A DNA stretch of 64,000 nt. Origin: Leptolyngbyaceae cyanobacterium. Its GTDB lineage: Bacteria > Cyanobacteriota > Cyanobacteriia > Phormidesmidales > Phormidesmidaceae. The stretch is from the NCBI GenBank assembly GCA_965263355.1, contig CBDHHL010000032.1, positions 608,001 through 672,000 on the forward strand, read 5' to 3'. How positions within the stretch are numbered: position 1 is the stretch's first letter; every line of letters begins with the position of its first letter. The translations under genes and the position numbers were made by a program. Positions 1 to 11,600 of the stretch are shown piece after piece. A model generated the notes under the pieces. The model was not told the origin of the DNA, searched no databases, and was given only the letters and a program-made list of their open reading frames with translations.

Positions 1-2
1 GA

Positions 3-272
3 AGCTACTTATTATCCTTTTTCCGAGGCATTGGCCTTAGCCGTCATGTAACTCGCATGATCAATATGCCCCTCTGGCAAAGACCCTTAATGTTCTGGAT
101 TTACGTTGCTAACGATTTGCGTAAAGCACTGCATCATGTAGTGCTCTATCGTGGACTGCTCAAGACACAAATCGTTCCAGCCTGTGAACTTCAGTTGTAT
201 ATCTACAGTTTGATCAGTCCGCTTTATATTTGGTGGTTACTATTGCTAAGAGGATTAAAAAAGAAGTCTTGA
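3..272 (+). CDS. hpsE: 3' end of hormogonium polysaccharide glycosyltransferase HpsE-like (partial, runs off window start)
   Basis: Frame is open from position 3 and reads SYLLSFFRGIGLSRHVTRM...WQRPLM...NDLRK...ACELQL...SLISPLYIW, resembling the HpsE C-terminus as I recall it. The ORF track's start at 57 is internal. Confidence 0.75.
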   Translation, partial: SYLLSFFRGIGLSRHVTRMINMPLWQRPLMFWIYVANDLRKALHHVVLYRGLLKTQIVPACELQLYIYSLISPLYIWWLLLLRGLKKKS

Positions 273-374
273 AGTATTAACTCCGACCAGTATTTTGGGA
301 ATATAGATCCTTAGAATCTATGTGTACTGTTTAGCAGTTGCCTGCTTCAACCAAAAATCCATAGCAGTGAATAT

Positions 375-1352
375 ATGAATTTTTTTAGCGCTGCGCTCGT
401 ATTGCCAGTCCGAAATCGAAAAGCTTATACATCAGCGATTTTGCAACAGCTAAGTTGTCAAATCACAGACACAACCGATGCCCAAACCATTGATGTTGTT
501 GTGGTTGATGATGGGTCTACAGATGGCACGGTTGAACTGATTACTAATAACTTTGGGGATGTGCACTTAGTTAAAGGGGATGGCAATTTATGGTGGACCG
601 GTGCAATCTCCACTGGCATGGATTACATTCAAAAGCATCTACACACAGACTATATCGTTTGGCTAAATGATGACATTACCCTAGCTGATGATTTCATACC
701 TCAGCTCATCCAGGTATGTCAGAGGAATCTACACAAAAAAGTAATCACTGGCGGCATCGTTTGCGATCAATCTCACCCAGACTGGATCGTTTTTGGCGGG
801 GTGATCGCCAGCCGCCCTATTAACAACATGCAGCAATTTAGCCAGACAACCACCCTCCAGGTAGATGCCTTAAATGGCAATATTGCCGTCCTACCAACTC
901 AATTGATCTCAGGCATTGGCTTACCCAATGTAGAACGCTTTCGTCACTATGGAGGCGACTACGAATACATTTGTCGAGCTAAAGAAGCAGGTTATAAAGT
1001 ACAGCTATCTAGCCAACTAAAAGCAACCACCGATTGGCAGCCCAATGATGTCATTCGCTACATGCCCCTATGGATTCAGTGGTACATCAGCCGCTCTCCT
1101 GCCAGTAAACTCGCTGTTCTAAAAAGTTTGACCAATCGCAAATCCCCCCACAATGTAGAACATATGGTCAACAGCATGCACCGACAATCAAGCCAGGTTT
1201 CACGCTGGACCTATAGCCTTTTTCACATCAAAAAACTCATCAAACTGATCGGCAGCGAATTTATTCCCCCATCGATACGCCGCAAACATATCGAAGCGTA
1301 TTTCCAAAACCACAACGTACCCCAAGATGTGGTGCAGTCTGTCTTAAGGTAA
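375..1352 (+). CDS. Glycosyltransferase family 2
   Basis: VVVDDGSTDGT, GNLWW, WLNDD, HYGGDYEY motifs. Confidence 0.9.
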   Translation: MNFFSAALVLPVRNRKAYTSAILQQLSCQITDTTDAQTIDVVVVDDGSTDGTVELITNNFGDVHLVKGDGNLWWTGAISTGMDYIQKHLHTDYIVWLNDDITLADDFIPQLIQVCQRNLHKKVITGGIVCDQSHPDWIVFGGVIASRPINNMQQFSQTTTLQVDALNGNIAVLPTQLISGIGLPNVERFRHYGGDYEYICRAKEAGYKVQLSSQLKATTDWQPNDVIRYMPLWIQWYISRSPASKLAVLKSLTNRKSPHNVEHMVNSMHRQSSQVSRWTYSLFHIKKLIKLIGSEFIPPSIRRKHIEAYFQNHNVPQDVVQSVLR

Positions 1353-1361
1353 CTAAATTCA

Positions 1362-2606
1362 ATGAAAGTCCTGCATCTCAGCACATCGGATGCCAACGGA
1401 GGAGCCGCCCGTGGTGCCTACTGGCTACACACAGCCCTCAAACAAGCTGGTGTCGATTCCCACATGCTCGTCGCTGAGAAGTACACCAACGACAACACAG
1501 TCATTGGACCAAACAACATTACTGGCGGGCAAAAGATTCTCAACGGGATCCGTCAAACCGTTGAATATTGGCCCCTCAAACGTTACCCCCAAAAATCACC
1601 TGGTCTATTTTCCCCAGCTATCTACCCCCATCCTGTTATTAAACGAATCAAGCAAATCAAGCCAGACATCATCAACCTACATTGGGTAGGACTCGGACTA
1701 CTCCGACCAGAACACTTACAAACATTTACCCAACCCATCGTATGGACGTTGCGAGATATGTGGAGTTTTACCGGTGGCTGCTGTTATACCGAAGGCTGTA
1801 CTCGCTATCAACAGCAGTGTGGCAGCTGTCCTATATTGGGCTCCAACCGAGAGAATGACCTATCTAGAAAAGTTTGGCAGCGTAAATACCGTGCTTGGCA
1901 AAACCTCAATCTCACCCTGGTACCCATTAGCCACTGGCTTGCGGACTGTGCCAGTAAAAGTTCCTTGTTACATCACTATCCAGCACGAGTCATTCCCAAT
2001 GCCGTAGATACGCATATCTTCCGCCCCATTGACAAACATGTTGCCCGTGACATCCTGCAACTACCTCAACACGATAAGCTAATCCTTTTTGGCGCATTAA
2101 GTGCCACCACCGATAAGCGCAAGGGATTTGACCATTTGACAGCGGCGCTCAACCAACTTGAAACCAATGAGTCCTTACCCCTTAGAGCCGTTATCTTCGG
2201 AACCGATACCCTTTCACCCTCTATGAAACCCCATATTCCCCATACGGTATTGGGACGCTTAAACGATGACACCACCCTAGCATTAGCCTATTCAGCCGCC
2301 GATGTTATGGTCGTACCGTCGGTTCAAGAAGCCTTCGGCAAAACTGCCATAGAAGCCATGGCCTGCGGCACCCCTGTTGTATCCTTTGATGCCACAGGCT
2401 TACGAGACATTGTTGAACACCAAGGTACTGGCTATCGAGCCGCATGCTTCAATGATAAAGACCTAGCTAAAGGTATTATGTGGGCCCTTGAAAATCCAGA
2501 AAGAAATAAAAAGCTTTCTGAAAATGCACGCAAGCGAGTCGAAACATTCTTTTCTTTTTCGGTTCAAGCCAATAGCTACATTGATTTATATAGAAATCTC
2601 CAGTGA
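1362..2606 (+). CDS. Glycosyltransferase family 4 (WcaC-like)
   Basis: GGAARGAY N-terminus, LRDMWSFTGGC, EAFGKTAIEAMACGTPVV. Confidence 0.92.
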   Translation: MKVLHLSTSDANGGAARGAYWLHTALKQAGVDSHMLVAEKYTNDNTVIGPNNITGGQKILNGIRQTVEYWPLKRYPQKSPGLFSPAIYPHPVIKRIKQIKPDIINLHWVGLGLLRPEHLQTFTQPIVWTLRDMWSFTGGCCYTEGCTRYQQQCGSCPILGSNRENDLSRKVWQRKYRAWQNLNLTLVPISHWLADCASKSSLLHHYPARVIPNAVDTHIFRPIDKHVARDILQLPQHDKLILFGALSATTDKRKGFDHLTAALNQLETNESLPLRAVIFGTDTLSPSMKPHIPHTVLGRLNDDTTLALAYSAADVMVVPSVQEAFGKTAIEAMACGTPVVSFDATGLRDIVEHQGTGYRAACFNDKDLAKGIMWALENPERNKKLSENARKRVETFFSFSVQANSYIDLYRNLQ

Positions 2607-2616
2607 GCGAGACAAT

Positions 2617-3435
2617 CTAAGCCCAACTAAACTTTTGAGATAATAAATCACATAGTTCTTGGTTATGTGCCTTAAAATAAGCGTTTAATTTATCTTTTGT
2701 CTGGCCTGACACAGGTGAGTATTTATTCACATTATACTTCTTGAAATTTATATTTTTCCAGTCTTCAAGGCCCAAGAAATCTAGGATCTCCTTAAATGCA
2801 AATAAAGTATTGCTGTAGAAGTATTCAGCTTCCATAATTAAAAACCGCTCTCTCGGAAAGAATTCAAACCATCGTTGAATTTGTTCCGCATAATGACCAC
2901 GATTTAAATATGAAAAGTGCATATACTGAAAACTATTATAGTTTTCTAGATTTATTATCTTCTCTTTTTCACCTGCTAGCCTCTGTGCCTCAGCTTCAAT
3001 AGCTTCTTCAAATGTTTCTAATGGTTCAAACCCACGTTTTCGCTCATGCTGATAATGCGAATAAGCTCGATCAATTGGGTTCTTCAATAAAACAATGAAT
3101 CGGGCTTTTGGGCATGTATTAAAGATACGTTCTGGCACTAAAGGATGAAACAAATAATAGGGAGTAGCCTCACCATATAAAAAGCTTTTGCCTTGGAAAA
3201 TCTTAGCTTTATATTTTGGAAGAAACGTTGGAAAATGCTCACGATACCAATCAGTACCATTAAAAAAGTTTTCATCAAAGAAATGGACTTCTTTAATTAA
3301 AGGGGTTCTAATGTAGGGATGTGCACTCAGGTAATGATGCAAGGAAGTAGTGCCTGATTTCTGAGCGCCTATAATAAAAAAGTCTGGCAGTAATCGGAAA
3401 AAATTCAACCATCCTAAATCCTTATTTTTTTCCAT
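2617..3435 (-). CDS. Sulfotransferase (heparan 3-O-sulfotransferase/NST-like)
   Basis: PDFFIIGAQKSGTTSL PAPS-binding loop, KEVHFF, GEATPYY, NPIDRAYSHY. Confidence 0.9.
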   Translation of the reverse strand: MEKNKDLGWLNFFRLLPDFFIIGAQKSGTTSLHHYLSAHPYIRTPLIKEVHFFDENFFNGTDWYREHFPTFLPKYKAKIFQGKSFLYGEATPYYLFHPLVPERIFNTCPKARFIVLLKNPIDRAYSHYQHERKRGFEPLETFEEAIEAEAQRLAGEKEKIINLENYNSFQYMHFSYLNRGHYAEQIQRWFEFFPRERFLIMEAEYFYSNTLFAFKEILDFLGLEDWKNINFKKYNVNKYSPVSGQTKDKLNAYFKAHNQELCDLLSQKFSWA

Positions 3436-3510
3436 TTTTTATTTTATTTCTCTCTCAAAAATCAGAGTATCCAGTCTTTATATCCAGTCTTTAAATAAAA
3501 TAAATCACAC

Positions 3511-4413
3511 TCAAATCAAACTTAGCTTGATCACCTTGCTTCTCAATTTAGCCAGCATTCCTCCTGGTGATGCCTTAAAAGCTCTTAAAAGCATCGAGAA
3601 ATAAAAGGGAATATTTTTTTCTTTCTGCCATAGCTCACGGGCAATAATCAAGGCCCAATCTCTCCTGATCTCTCCTTCTAAGTCCTTATAGTTTTGACCA
3701 AGAGACGTCGAAAAAAATATGTCCAAGGTTAGAAAAACGTACTTAGCCCAAGTTTTATAATCTGAGGAAATATTACTATCATGCATTACTCTTGTAACCA
3801 AACATTGAGGTATATGAATGACATTTCCAACATCTAAAAGTCGTATGTACAATTCTCTATCGTGACAAATATCCAACATTTCATTGAGCAATCCAGCTTT
3901 ACGAAGCGCAGACGTACGTACTATAACTACTGACATTGTAAAAATAAAAACATCTGCTAGAGAGCGATGAATTAAATCTCGATATTTTTTTGTGGCTTTG
4001 TAGCGTATGTAGTGCTCAACACTAGTTTCTTTGTTGACTTCTCTATGGTCGCAAAAAGCAAAGCTACTGCTGGAATCTTTTGATAACGAATTAACCAGTT
4101 TATCTACATAATCAAGATTCCAATAATCATCAGAGTCTAAAAATGCAATATACTCTCCCGTAGCAGCTTTTATCCCTACATTACGAGCCCCAGCAGCACC
4201 GCAATTTTCTTTCAGGCTAATTAATTTAACAGTTGGATAGTTTTCTCCTATCCAACCAGAAGTTCCATCTGTGGAACAATCATCGACCACTATTAGCTCA
4301 ATGTTGGGATAAGTCTGCCCTAAAACGCCGTCTAATGCAGGTTTCAGTAAGTGTTTACGGTTATAGGTTGGAATAATAGCGGAAACCTTAGGGAGGGACA
4401 CAGGTGGCTTCAT
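3511..4413 (-). CDS. Glycosyltransferase family 2
   Basis: VSAIIPTYNR, VVDDCSTDGT, GEYIAFLDSDD; ATG at 4413 preferred over the track's upstream start. Confidence 0.9.
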   Translation of the reverse strand: MKPPVSLPKVSAIIPTYNRKHLLKPALDGVLGQTYPNIELIVVDDCSTDGTSGWIGENYPTVKLISLKENCGAAGARNVGIKAATGEYIAFLDSDDYWNLDYVDKLVNSLSKDSSSSFAFCDHREVNKETSVEHYIRYKATKKYRDLIHRSLADVFIFTMSVVIVRTSALRKAGLLNEMLDICHDRELYIRLLDVGNVIHIPQCLVTRVMHDSNISSDYKTWAKYVFLTLDIFFSTSLGQNYKDLEGEIRRDWALIIARELWQKEKNIPFYFSMLLRAFKASPGGMLAKLRSKVIKLSLI

Positions 4414-4682
4414 AGTTGAATTGCGAGCTGAAGAGCTGAAATTATGATCGCATTTATGCTTCAAGGTTCCCAGATATGAAAAATAATTCCCAAATTAAGA
4501 AGTTTACATCCAATAGATAATCGCCAATTGTGAAATAGTTAATGTATTCAAAAATCCTAATACTGAAAAATCCTAGTGCTGACCTAGATTGGTTTCACGC
4601 ATAAGATGAATGGGCAAATTATTGATAACAATCAGATATACAGTAGGTATTTACTTAGTAGTTACAGGATGGGATATAGAAA

Positions 4683-5537
4683 ATGGTGCTTAAATATCGA
4701 TATTTTATTGTTGGATGCCCTCGTTCCGGGACTACTCTATTGCAAAGCTTACTAGCATCTCATTCAACAGTTAACTCTTTTCCAGAATCACATTTTTTCT
4801 GCAACTTATTTGGAGACTACGAGCCAAAACGACGTATGTTAGGCATCGCATCCAGACGAATCTATCCGAGAATCCAAGAATTCTTAAAAGAATTAGGTCA
4901 AGAAAATCAAAATAATTACTTACCTAGAAATTTAATATTTGCCAATCAATACACTAGTTTTTTTATCCATCTTTTAGACAGATTAACAATAGAAAAAAGC
5001 AAAAAAATATGGATAGAAAAAACACCTCCACACCTTCACTACATAGATTATATTGAGCAGAAGGTTGTCGGCGCTTGCTTTATACATATTGTTCGTAATG
5101 GTGCAGATGTAGCCGCATCAATCTATGATTTAAGAAATAGGTACCCTAGTATATGGGATGGCAATAAGAATCAGATTTCAGATTGTATAAATCGATGGAT
5201 CGAAGATTTTAAAATCACTCTTAAACATATTGAAAAACCAAACCACTACTGTATTAGATACGAAAATTTGATTACTAATACAGAATCAGAACTCGTAAAG
5301 TTATGTCAGTTTATGAAGCTACAATTTGAGCCCAAAATGCTGACTGGATACTCCTATCAAGCTAAAAAAGTTAGCTTAAGTAAGGAGACATGGAAAGAAT
5401 CCGTAGGAGAAAAAATTCAGAACAAACAGCAACAGAAATTCAAAGAGGTTTTAAGTTTAGCAGAGCAGAAATATTTGCTCCAGCAACTGAAGGAATGGAA
5501 TCTCGATGAGTTTTTTACGTCTGATAGGTTAGCTTAA
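4683..5537 (+). CDS. Sulfotransferase family protein
   Basis: FIVGCPRSGTTLL, PESHFF, WIEKTP, RNGADVAAS, RYENL. Confidence 0.9.
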   Translation: MVLKYRYFIVGCPRSGTTLLQSLLASHSTVNSFPESHFFCNLFGDYEPKRRMLGIASRRIYPRIQEFLKELGQENQNNYLPRNLIFANQYTSFFIHLLDRLTIEKSKKIWIEKTPPHLHYIDYIEQKVVGACFIHIVRNGADVAASIYDLRNRYPSIWDGNKNQISDCINRWIEDFKITLKHIEKPNHYCIRYENLITNTESELVKLCQFMKLQFEPKMLTGYSYQAKKVSLSKETWKESVGEKIQNKQQQKFKEVLSLAEQKYLLQQLKEWNLDEFFTSDRLA

Positions 5538-5657
5538 TTTTACTTATTGGTGACAATAGACCGAACCTTTGATGTTGGGTCATCACCTCTTGTAGCTGAT
5601 AGGTGTTTACCAATAAAAATTAGCAAAGTACCCAATACGTCGCATATTCGTAAGCTG

Positions 5658-7646
5658 ATGGCAACCATGCTCGAGAAAGGAAATATCAGTATCCATACTG
5701 AAAACATTTTCCCCATCATCAAAAAATGGCTCTATTCCGACCATGAAATTTTTCTGCGGGAGCTAATTTCAAACTCGGTAGACGCTATTAGTAAGCTCAA
5801 CATGGTATCCCGCAGTTCAGACTTCAGTGGTGACGTCGGCGATCCCGAAATTTCTATCGCCATTGATAAAGATGCCAAAACCCTTAGCATTACTGACAAC
5901 GGCATCGGTATGACCGCTGATGAGGTCAAGAAATACATTAACCAGGTAGCCTTTTCCAGTGCTGAAGAATTTGTCTCAAAATTCAAGGACAGTGCTGATC
6001 AGAATATAATTGGCCACTTTGGTTTAGGCTTCTATTCTTCATTTATGGTGTCTGACCAGGTAGAAATTGACACCCTGTCTTATCAGGAAGGAGCCACCCC
6101 CGTTCACTGGAGCTGTGACGGAACCACCACCTTTGAACTGAGTGATTCTGACCGGGCAGAACGGGGAACTACGATTACTCTGCATCTAATGGAAGAAGAA
6201 GCAGAATATCTAGAAAAATCCCGTATTCAGCAGTTGATCAAGACTTACTGCGACTTTATGCCCGTCCCCATCAAACTGGAGGATGAAGTCGCCAATAAGC
6301 AAAATGCGCCCTGGAAGCAGTCCCCTAGCAGTCTTAGTGATGACGACTATCTAGAACTTTATCGCTATCTCTATCCCTTCCAGGAAGATCCGCTGCTATG
6401 GGTTCACCTAAATACGGACTATCCCTTTGTCGTCAACGGAATTCTCTATTTTCCCAAGCTAAAACCCGATGTTGATGTCACCAAAGGCCAAATCAAACTG
6501 TTCTGTAATCAGGTTTTTGTCAGCGATAACTGTGAAGAAATTATTCCCCAGTTTTTGCTACCCCTACGTGGTGTCGTAGACAGTAGCGATATTCCCCTAA
6601 ACGTATCTCGCAGCTTTCTGCAGAATGATCGCACTGTTCGACGCATCGCTGATTACATCGCTAAGAAAGTTGGTGACCGCCTCAAGGAACTCTATCGCAC
6701 CGATAAAGCTAAATATATTGAGTGTTGGCAAGACTTAGGTACCTTTGTTAAATTCGGTTCCTTAAACAACGATAAGTTCAAGCAGCAGATCACTGACTTT
6801 GTCATTTTCCGGACCACCGCAGAATTAGAGAGCAGCAGCGACCAGCCAAAAGTAGAAGTACAGGCGGCAGAGGAGGATGCCTGGCAATCTGCCGATGGTG
6901 AAAATGCGGCAGCTGTGGATTCCGATGGCAATGCCTACACCACCCTCAAGGAATATCTAGAACGGAATAAAGAGAAGCACGAAAATCGAGTTTTCTATGC
7001 GACCGATGATGTTGCCCAGGCCACATACATTGATTTGCATAAACGTCAAGGACTAGAGGTTCTATATCTTGACTCATTTATCGATACTCATTTTGTACCG
7101 TTTTTGGAACGGGAATATTCTGATGTCAAGTTCTCCCGCGTCGACTCTGACTTGGATGAAACACTGATAGACGAGTCGGCCAGTAGCAGTGACATTGTTG
7201 ACCCAACTACTAATAAAACTAAGTCAGAACGTGTGAAGGAGCTATTTGAGCAAGCTCTGGATAAGCCAAAGGTAACCATTCGTACCGATGCCTTAAAATC
7301 TGACGATGCCCAGGGTGCTCCCCCTGCCATTGTGCTGTTACCCGAGGAAATGCGGCGCATGCAAGAAATGATGGCCATGATGCAGCAACAAACTGCAAAA
7401 TTCCCAGAGGAACATACATTATTGGTCAATACGGCCCATCCTCTAATTCAAAACCTGCTTGACATTAGCCAGGGAGCCATCGTTCAGACAGGTGGTGGTG
7501 AATCTCCATCAGCGTCTATGGCAAATATGATTTGTCAACATGTGTACGACCTAGCTTTGATGGCTCAAAAAGGCTTTGATGCCGATGGCATGAAGTCCTT
7601 TGTAGAGCGATCAAATAGTCTGCTGACAGGTTTAACAAAAGCGTAG
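5658..7646 (+). CDS. htpG: Molecular chaperone HtpG (Hsp90)
   Basis: IFLRELISNSVDA, DNGIGM, IGHFGLGFYS, PLNVSRS; start at 5658 or 5667. Confidence 0.97.
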   Translation: MATMLEKGNISIHTENIFPIIKKWLYSDHEIFLRELISNSVDAISKLNMVSRSSDFSGDVGDPEISIAIDKDAKTLSITDNGIGMTADEVKKYINQVAFSSAEEFVSKFKDSADQNIIGHFGLGFYSSFMVSDQVEIDTLSYQEGATPVHWSCDGTTTFELSDSDRAERGTTITLHLMEEEAEYLEKSRIQQLIKTYCDFMPVPIKLEDEVANKQNAPWKQSPSSLSDDDYLELYRYLYPFQEDPLLWVHLNTDYPFVVNGILYFPKLKPDVDVTKGQIKLFCNQVFVSDNCEEIIPQFLLPLRGVVDSSDIPLNVSRSFLQNDRTVRRIADYIAKKVGDRLKELYRTDKAKYIECWQDLGTFVKFGSLNNDKFKQQITDFVIFRTTAELESSSDQPKVEVQAAEEDAWQSADGENAAAVDSDGNAYTTLKEYLERNKEKHENRVFYATDDVAQATYIDLHKRQGLEVLYLDSFIDTHFVPFLEREYSDVKFSRVDSDLDETLIDESASSSDIVDPTTNKTKSERVKELFEQALDKPKVTIRTDALKSDDAQGAPPAIVLLPEEMRRMQEMMAMMQQQTAKFPEEHTLLVNTAHPLIQNLLDISQGAIVQTGGGESPSASMANMICQHVYDLALMAQKGFDADGMKSFVERSNSLLTGLTKA

Positions 7647-7720
7647 GTAAGGTGTTTTTTCAAAAAAGCTATATCGGTTGCAGGCCTCTCCACCTCCTAA
7701 TCTTGGAGTGATAAGGATTT

Positions 7721-7745
7721 AAAGCCTCCAGATTTGGAGGCTTTT
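7721..7745 (+). terminator. Hairpin terminator after htpG
   Basis: aaagcctcca-gatt-tggaggctttt. Confidence 0.55.
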
Positions 7746-7951
7746 GGACAAGAGTAACTGATAGCCTTTTTCCTAGAAATCTCCTTAATTGCTAGTTAAT
7801 TGCTAGAAAATTCAATTAATTTGCAGCTGATTAGTTCTTTGAATCGTAGAAGGGCTAATCAGCTTAATTGCTTGTAGACCTTAATTTTTAAGGGTTGATT
7901 TGTATAAAGTGCTTATGTAATAGTAGTGAATTGTATTCTAAGGACCACGCC

Positions 7952-8188
7952 ATGAGCCGCAGATGCGATCTGACTAACAAAAAGGCTAACAATGCCTTTG
8001 CTGTTTCCCACTCCCATAGACGTACTAAGCGTTTACAACAGGCTAATCTTCAAGACAAACGAGTTTGGTGGCCCACAGGCAAACGCTGGGTAAAGCTTCG
8101 TTTATCAACTAAAGCTATTAAAACCCTTGAGAAGAAAGGAATTGAAGCAATGGCTCGTGAAGCAGGTATTGATTTAAGCAAGTATTAA
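7952..8188 (+). CDS. rpmB: 50S ribosomal protein L28
   Basis: [34 protein letters not shown]...; 78 aa. Confidence 0.97.
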   Translation: MSRRCDLTNKKANNAFAVSHSHRRTKRLQQANLQDKRVWWPTGKRWVKLRLSTKAIKTLEKKGIEAMAREAGIDLSKY

Positions 8189-8306
8189 GCAGCCGCTCAT
8201 ATCGATCAGCTAGCTTATTGGTAGTCAACGTTTGATTCAAGCCTCATGGCCTTATTACGTTTGTCTACTGTCATTGCGAAACTTAAAGTTTTGGTATATT
8301 CACTGA

Positions 8307-8339
8307 TAAAACCTCTGGCTAAATAGCGCAGAGGTTTTA
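8307..8339 (+). terminator. Terminator-like hairpin after rpmB
   Basis: taaaacctctg...cagaggtttta inverted repeat. Confidence 0.55.
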
Positions 8340-8663
8340 GTGTATGCAACAACGGTTAAATACCTGAACCCCTTATGTTGAGGTCAATAATGATTAGCAA
8401 AAATGCATTGGCTCTCCGTTTTGATGACTGCCTGATCGTTTTGCTACAACGAATGGGTAAGTTCATTATCGAATAGTAAGGCATTATTACGATTACTATT
8501 TAAGTAGATGTTGCGCAAAATAATTATGGGGCGTATGATTCTTGCCACCTTAATCTGCGCTGTTCCCTCAAAGACCTAAACATTTAGCCCTGACGGGTTA
8601 TGTATCTATAGCTAGAGTGGTGTTAATTACACCAGCACTACTGCTCGTTTTTAGAAATCAGTA

Positions 8664-11600
8664 ATGTCTACCCCAAAACGCTCTCGAGTTTCTAATCGTC
8701 GTCACGGCTTTCTAAGACAGGTTAAACGGTTACCAAACCAGTTTATGGCCTGGCTGCTCCGGCTTATTTTCGTTAGTGCTCGCTTCAGTCGCACTAATCA
8801 AGCAGGCTTTGTATTACCAACAACGGTTTTACTTTTGTTGATATTGACGTTAACCGTTTCTGCTTTGAGTTTTCGCTCATTTTCTCGCAGTGCACAGGTT
8901 ATTGCAGCTCGTGAGCAACAGACTATCGATAATATAGCTGCCCCTGCTATTGACCGAGCTAAAGCCAAACTTGAGTATATGTTTCTGAGAGATGCACGAT
9001 TCCCTGGGGGTGTGCCCTCTAGTGATGTCTTGCAGAGCATGATGCTAAATGACGGTAACAATGGTATTCCCGAAGTTACCGCTGGTGAAGGTGATCCTTA
9101 CACGTTTCCTGATGAAACCCGATTAGACATAGACGAGGATAGCAGTGATGATAATGCCTGGGTGTTTGAAACGGATGTCGATGGCACGTCACAGCTTATT
9201 GCATACTCGATTCTAATGGACGATGAAAATGCGGGTAATGAACTAACTGATGACATTAGTACTGCTAAAGCACAATCTAAGGTTACGCGTAACGGCCCGA
9301 TCAATACCCTTGAATCATTCGCAGGATGCGACTCTGCTAGGGCACCAGAAGGGGGATGGCAAGTCATCAATCCAGCTACAGTACAAAAGAACTTTCAGAT
9401 CACAGCGTTTGCCTCTAACGGCAGCAATATAAATCGTACGACAACGGCCCTGGAATTTCAGCAAGTGCGTCAAGCCGATCGGGGCAACAAATGGGGAGCC
9501 TGGTTTAAGTACGATCTTGAACTCTTCCCAGGTGCAGCTGATGACTTTTTGTGGAATGGGGCAATGCACACCGAAGGTAATTTCATAACCCGAGGTGATT
9601 TAAAAGCTCGTCTTATTAGCTCTCCAAATTCTTGCCTCTATACCGAAGATGCCTCAGAAATAACGCTTGCAGAACACGATAATTTCGAAGGTCAGGCTAT
9701 CTTTGGCACGACAGGTAATAACCGTTTTGGTCAAAAAAATGGAAATGAAGGTGAAGAGCCAGATTTTGATCTCCATGATGGGCCTTTTAATCAAGAATTT
9801 CAACGGGATGAAGACTCTGTGGATGGGGGTGCCGACGAAGCGAATGCAAAAGTAATTGAGAACATTGCTCTGGATCCAGTAGCCCTTTTTACTAAGGACT
9901 TCTTTTTCCATCGCTCACCAGACGATTGGACTGCTGAGCCTGATGGTGTACAGAGTAATCTGGTGCAGACGAATTTTTAATGATGACTGTTCGGACACCT
10001 TTCCTAGACGATACGTTTCGGGCTGACGATCGTTATGGGCCAAAGCCAGATTATGACCCAGAAAGTAATCTAGATGATTTTACGGTTCCTATTGGTAGAC
10101 GAATTATTGGTTCTGGTTCAGAAATTCTTAATGATCCTGTAGGTGGTCTAGATGGTTACTGGGAACGTCAAGCCATTGACCGAGGGCTGCGTATTATTGT
10201 GGGGCAGCGGTTAGAGCTAGGTAATACCTATGGTTGGCAAGGCGCAGATGATCCCCTTTATCCAGTTAACGACTATGGCTCCTTAGAGCAAACCCAGCGA
10301 CGCTCACTGAGAGATAATCTGGCAGCTGTCCAAGGGATGGTTGTTTACCACTATGAGACTAATAATGATGGTGATGGTTTCACATTTCCCCTAGCCTGTG
10401 TCGCGTCTACGGTTCATCCAGGGACAGAGCAAACGATTCTTAATAGTCGAAGCTTTGAAAGCTTAGCTCTAACCGCCTCCGCTGACACTGTCAGAACTGA
10501 CTTTTTAGAGGGGGTAGGTACCAATGGTTGGGAATTTGGTTACAACACCAATTTTGATTCACGATTTAAGTTTAGGGGGCAGTACAACAACAGTACTACC
10601 CCTTTGAAAAAGGCGTTGACTAATCTCGCCTATTTTGCGGGTGATCCAAATGGGGGAGCACCTTCATTTGAGCCAGTTCAGGATGACTTTGTGCATCCAT
10701 TTCCCTGGATGGCTATGTGGGGTGACTTCTCAGTACTTCGTCGCATTATTGATAATGGGTTTTCTTTTCAATTCCTGAGTCCCGCAGACCAGGCAACCGT
10801 CCACTCCGCCACATGTACCCTTGGTCTGTTAGCTTACAATTTGCAAAGCCTTCAGGCGGAGTTTGATGATATCGAGGCTTCCGGAAGTTGGAGTAGTCCT
10901 TTAGCTTTAGATCCAGAACAAGAAAGGGCTGCTAAGCAGTTTTTACAGGTTTTAAGGGATAGAACTTACGGATTCAATACAGAGAGACTTAATGGGGTTT
11001 GTGATGATGCTACCTTAACTAGCCTAGGTGTCTCAGTAACTCTTTCAAGTGCTGACAAAGATGCGATATGTCCTGCTGTAGGTGAAGAGGTCAAGTACCC
11101 TTCACTCCATTACTTGTTTCCCAGGTTCGACCATGACCAGAGTTCATCAGATGCTGCCACTGACACATCATCAGTGTTTGGAACTGACGAAAGTGTGTCA
11201 CAACCTGAAACAGAAGAATACATTGACGCGACTACCGATGTGTCAGGACAACCACTTGATACATATTTAGTTAGTGGTAACCCAGTTAACGATGGTCTGA
11301 CCTATCAAGTCGTCAATGCAAGCGATCCTGACAATTTTGATGTTTTTGCTAGCCCTGTTCGATTGCCTGAAACAACAGCTACGTCTCCTTGGAAATTGCC
11401 TAGAACTTTAGATGGAGCGGGAACGTTCACCGACCCGGATTTGCCTGGCGAATCCATGCTGATCACTAATCCTAATGGTGGCACTGTAGAAGTTAGTCTG
11501 CTTGATAAGGGCATGTATGACGGTCGAGAACTTATTGGCAGCCGCATGCTTGATGTAGATATCGACAACCTGACATCAGGAACAAACCCTGACGGTGCCG

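Noticed and set aside
7666..7770. Possible degenerate MITE after htpG (gctatatcggtt...aactgatagc with inner hairpins)
   Set aside because: The terminal match is short and imperfect and there is no second copy in the window; only the terminator-like hairpin was kept.
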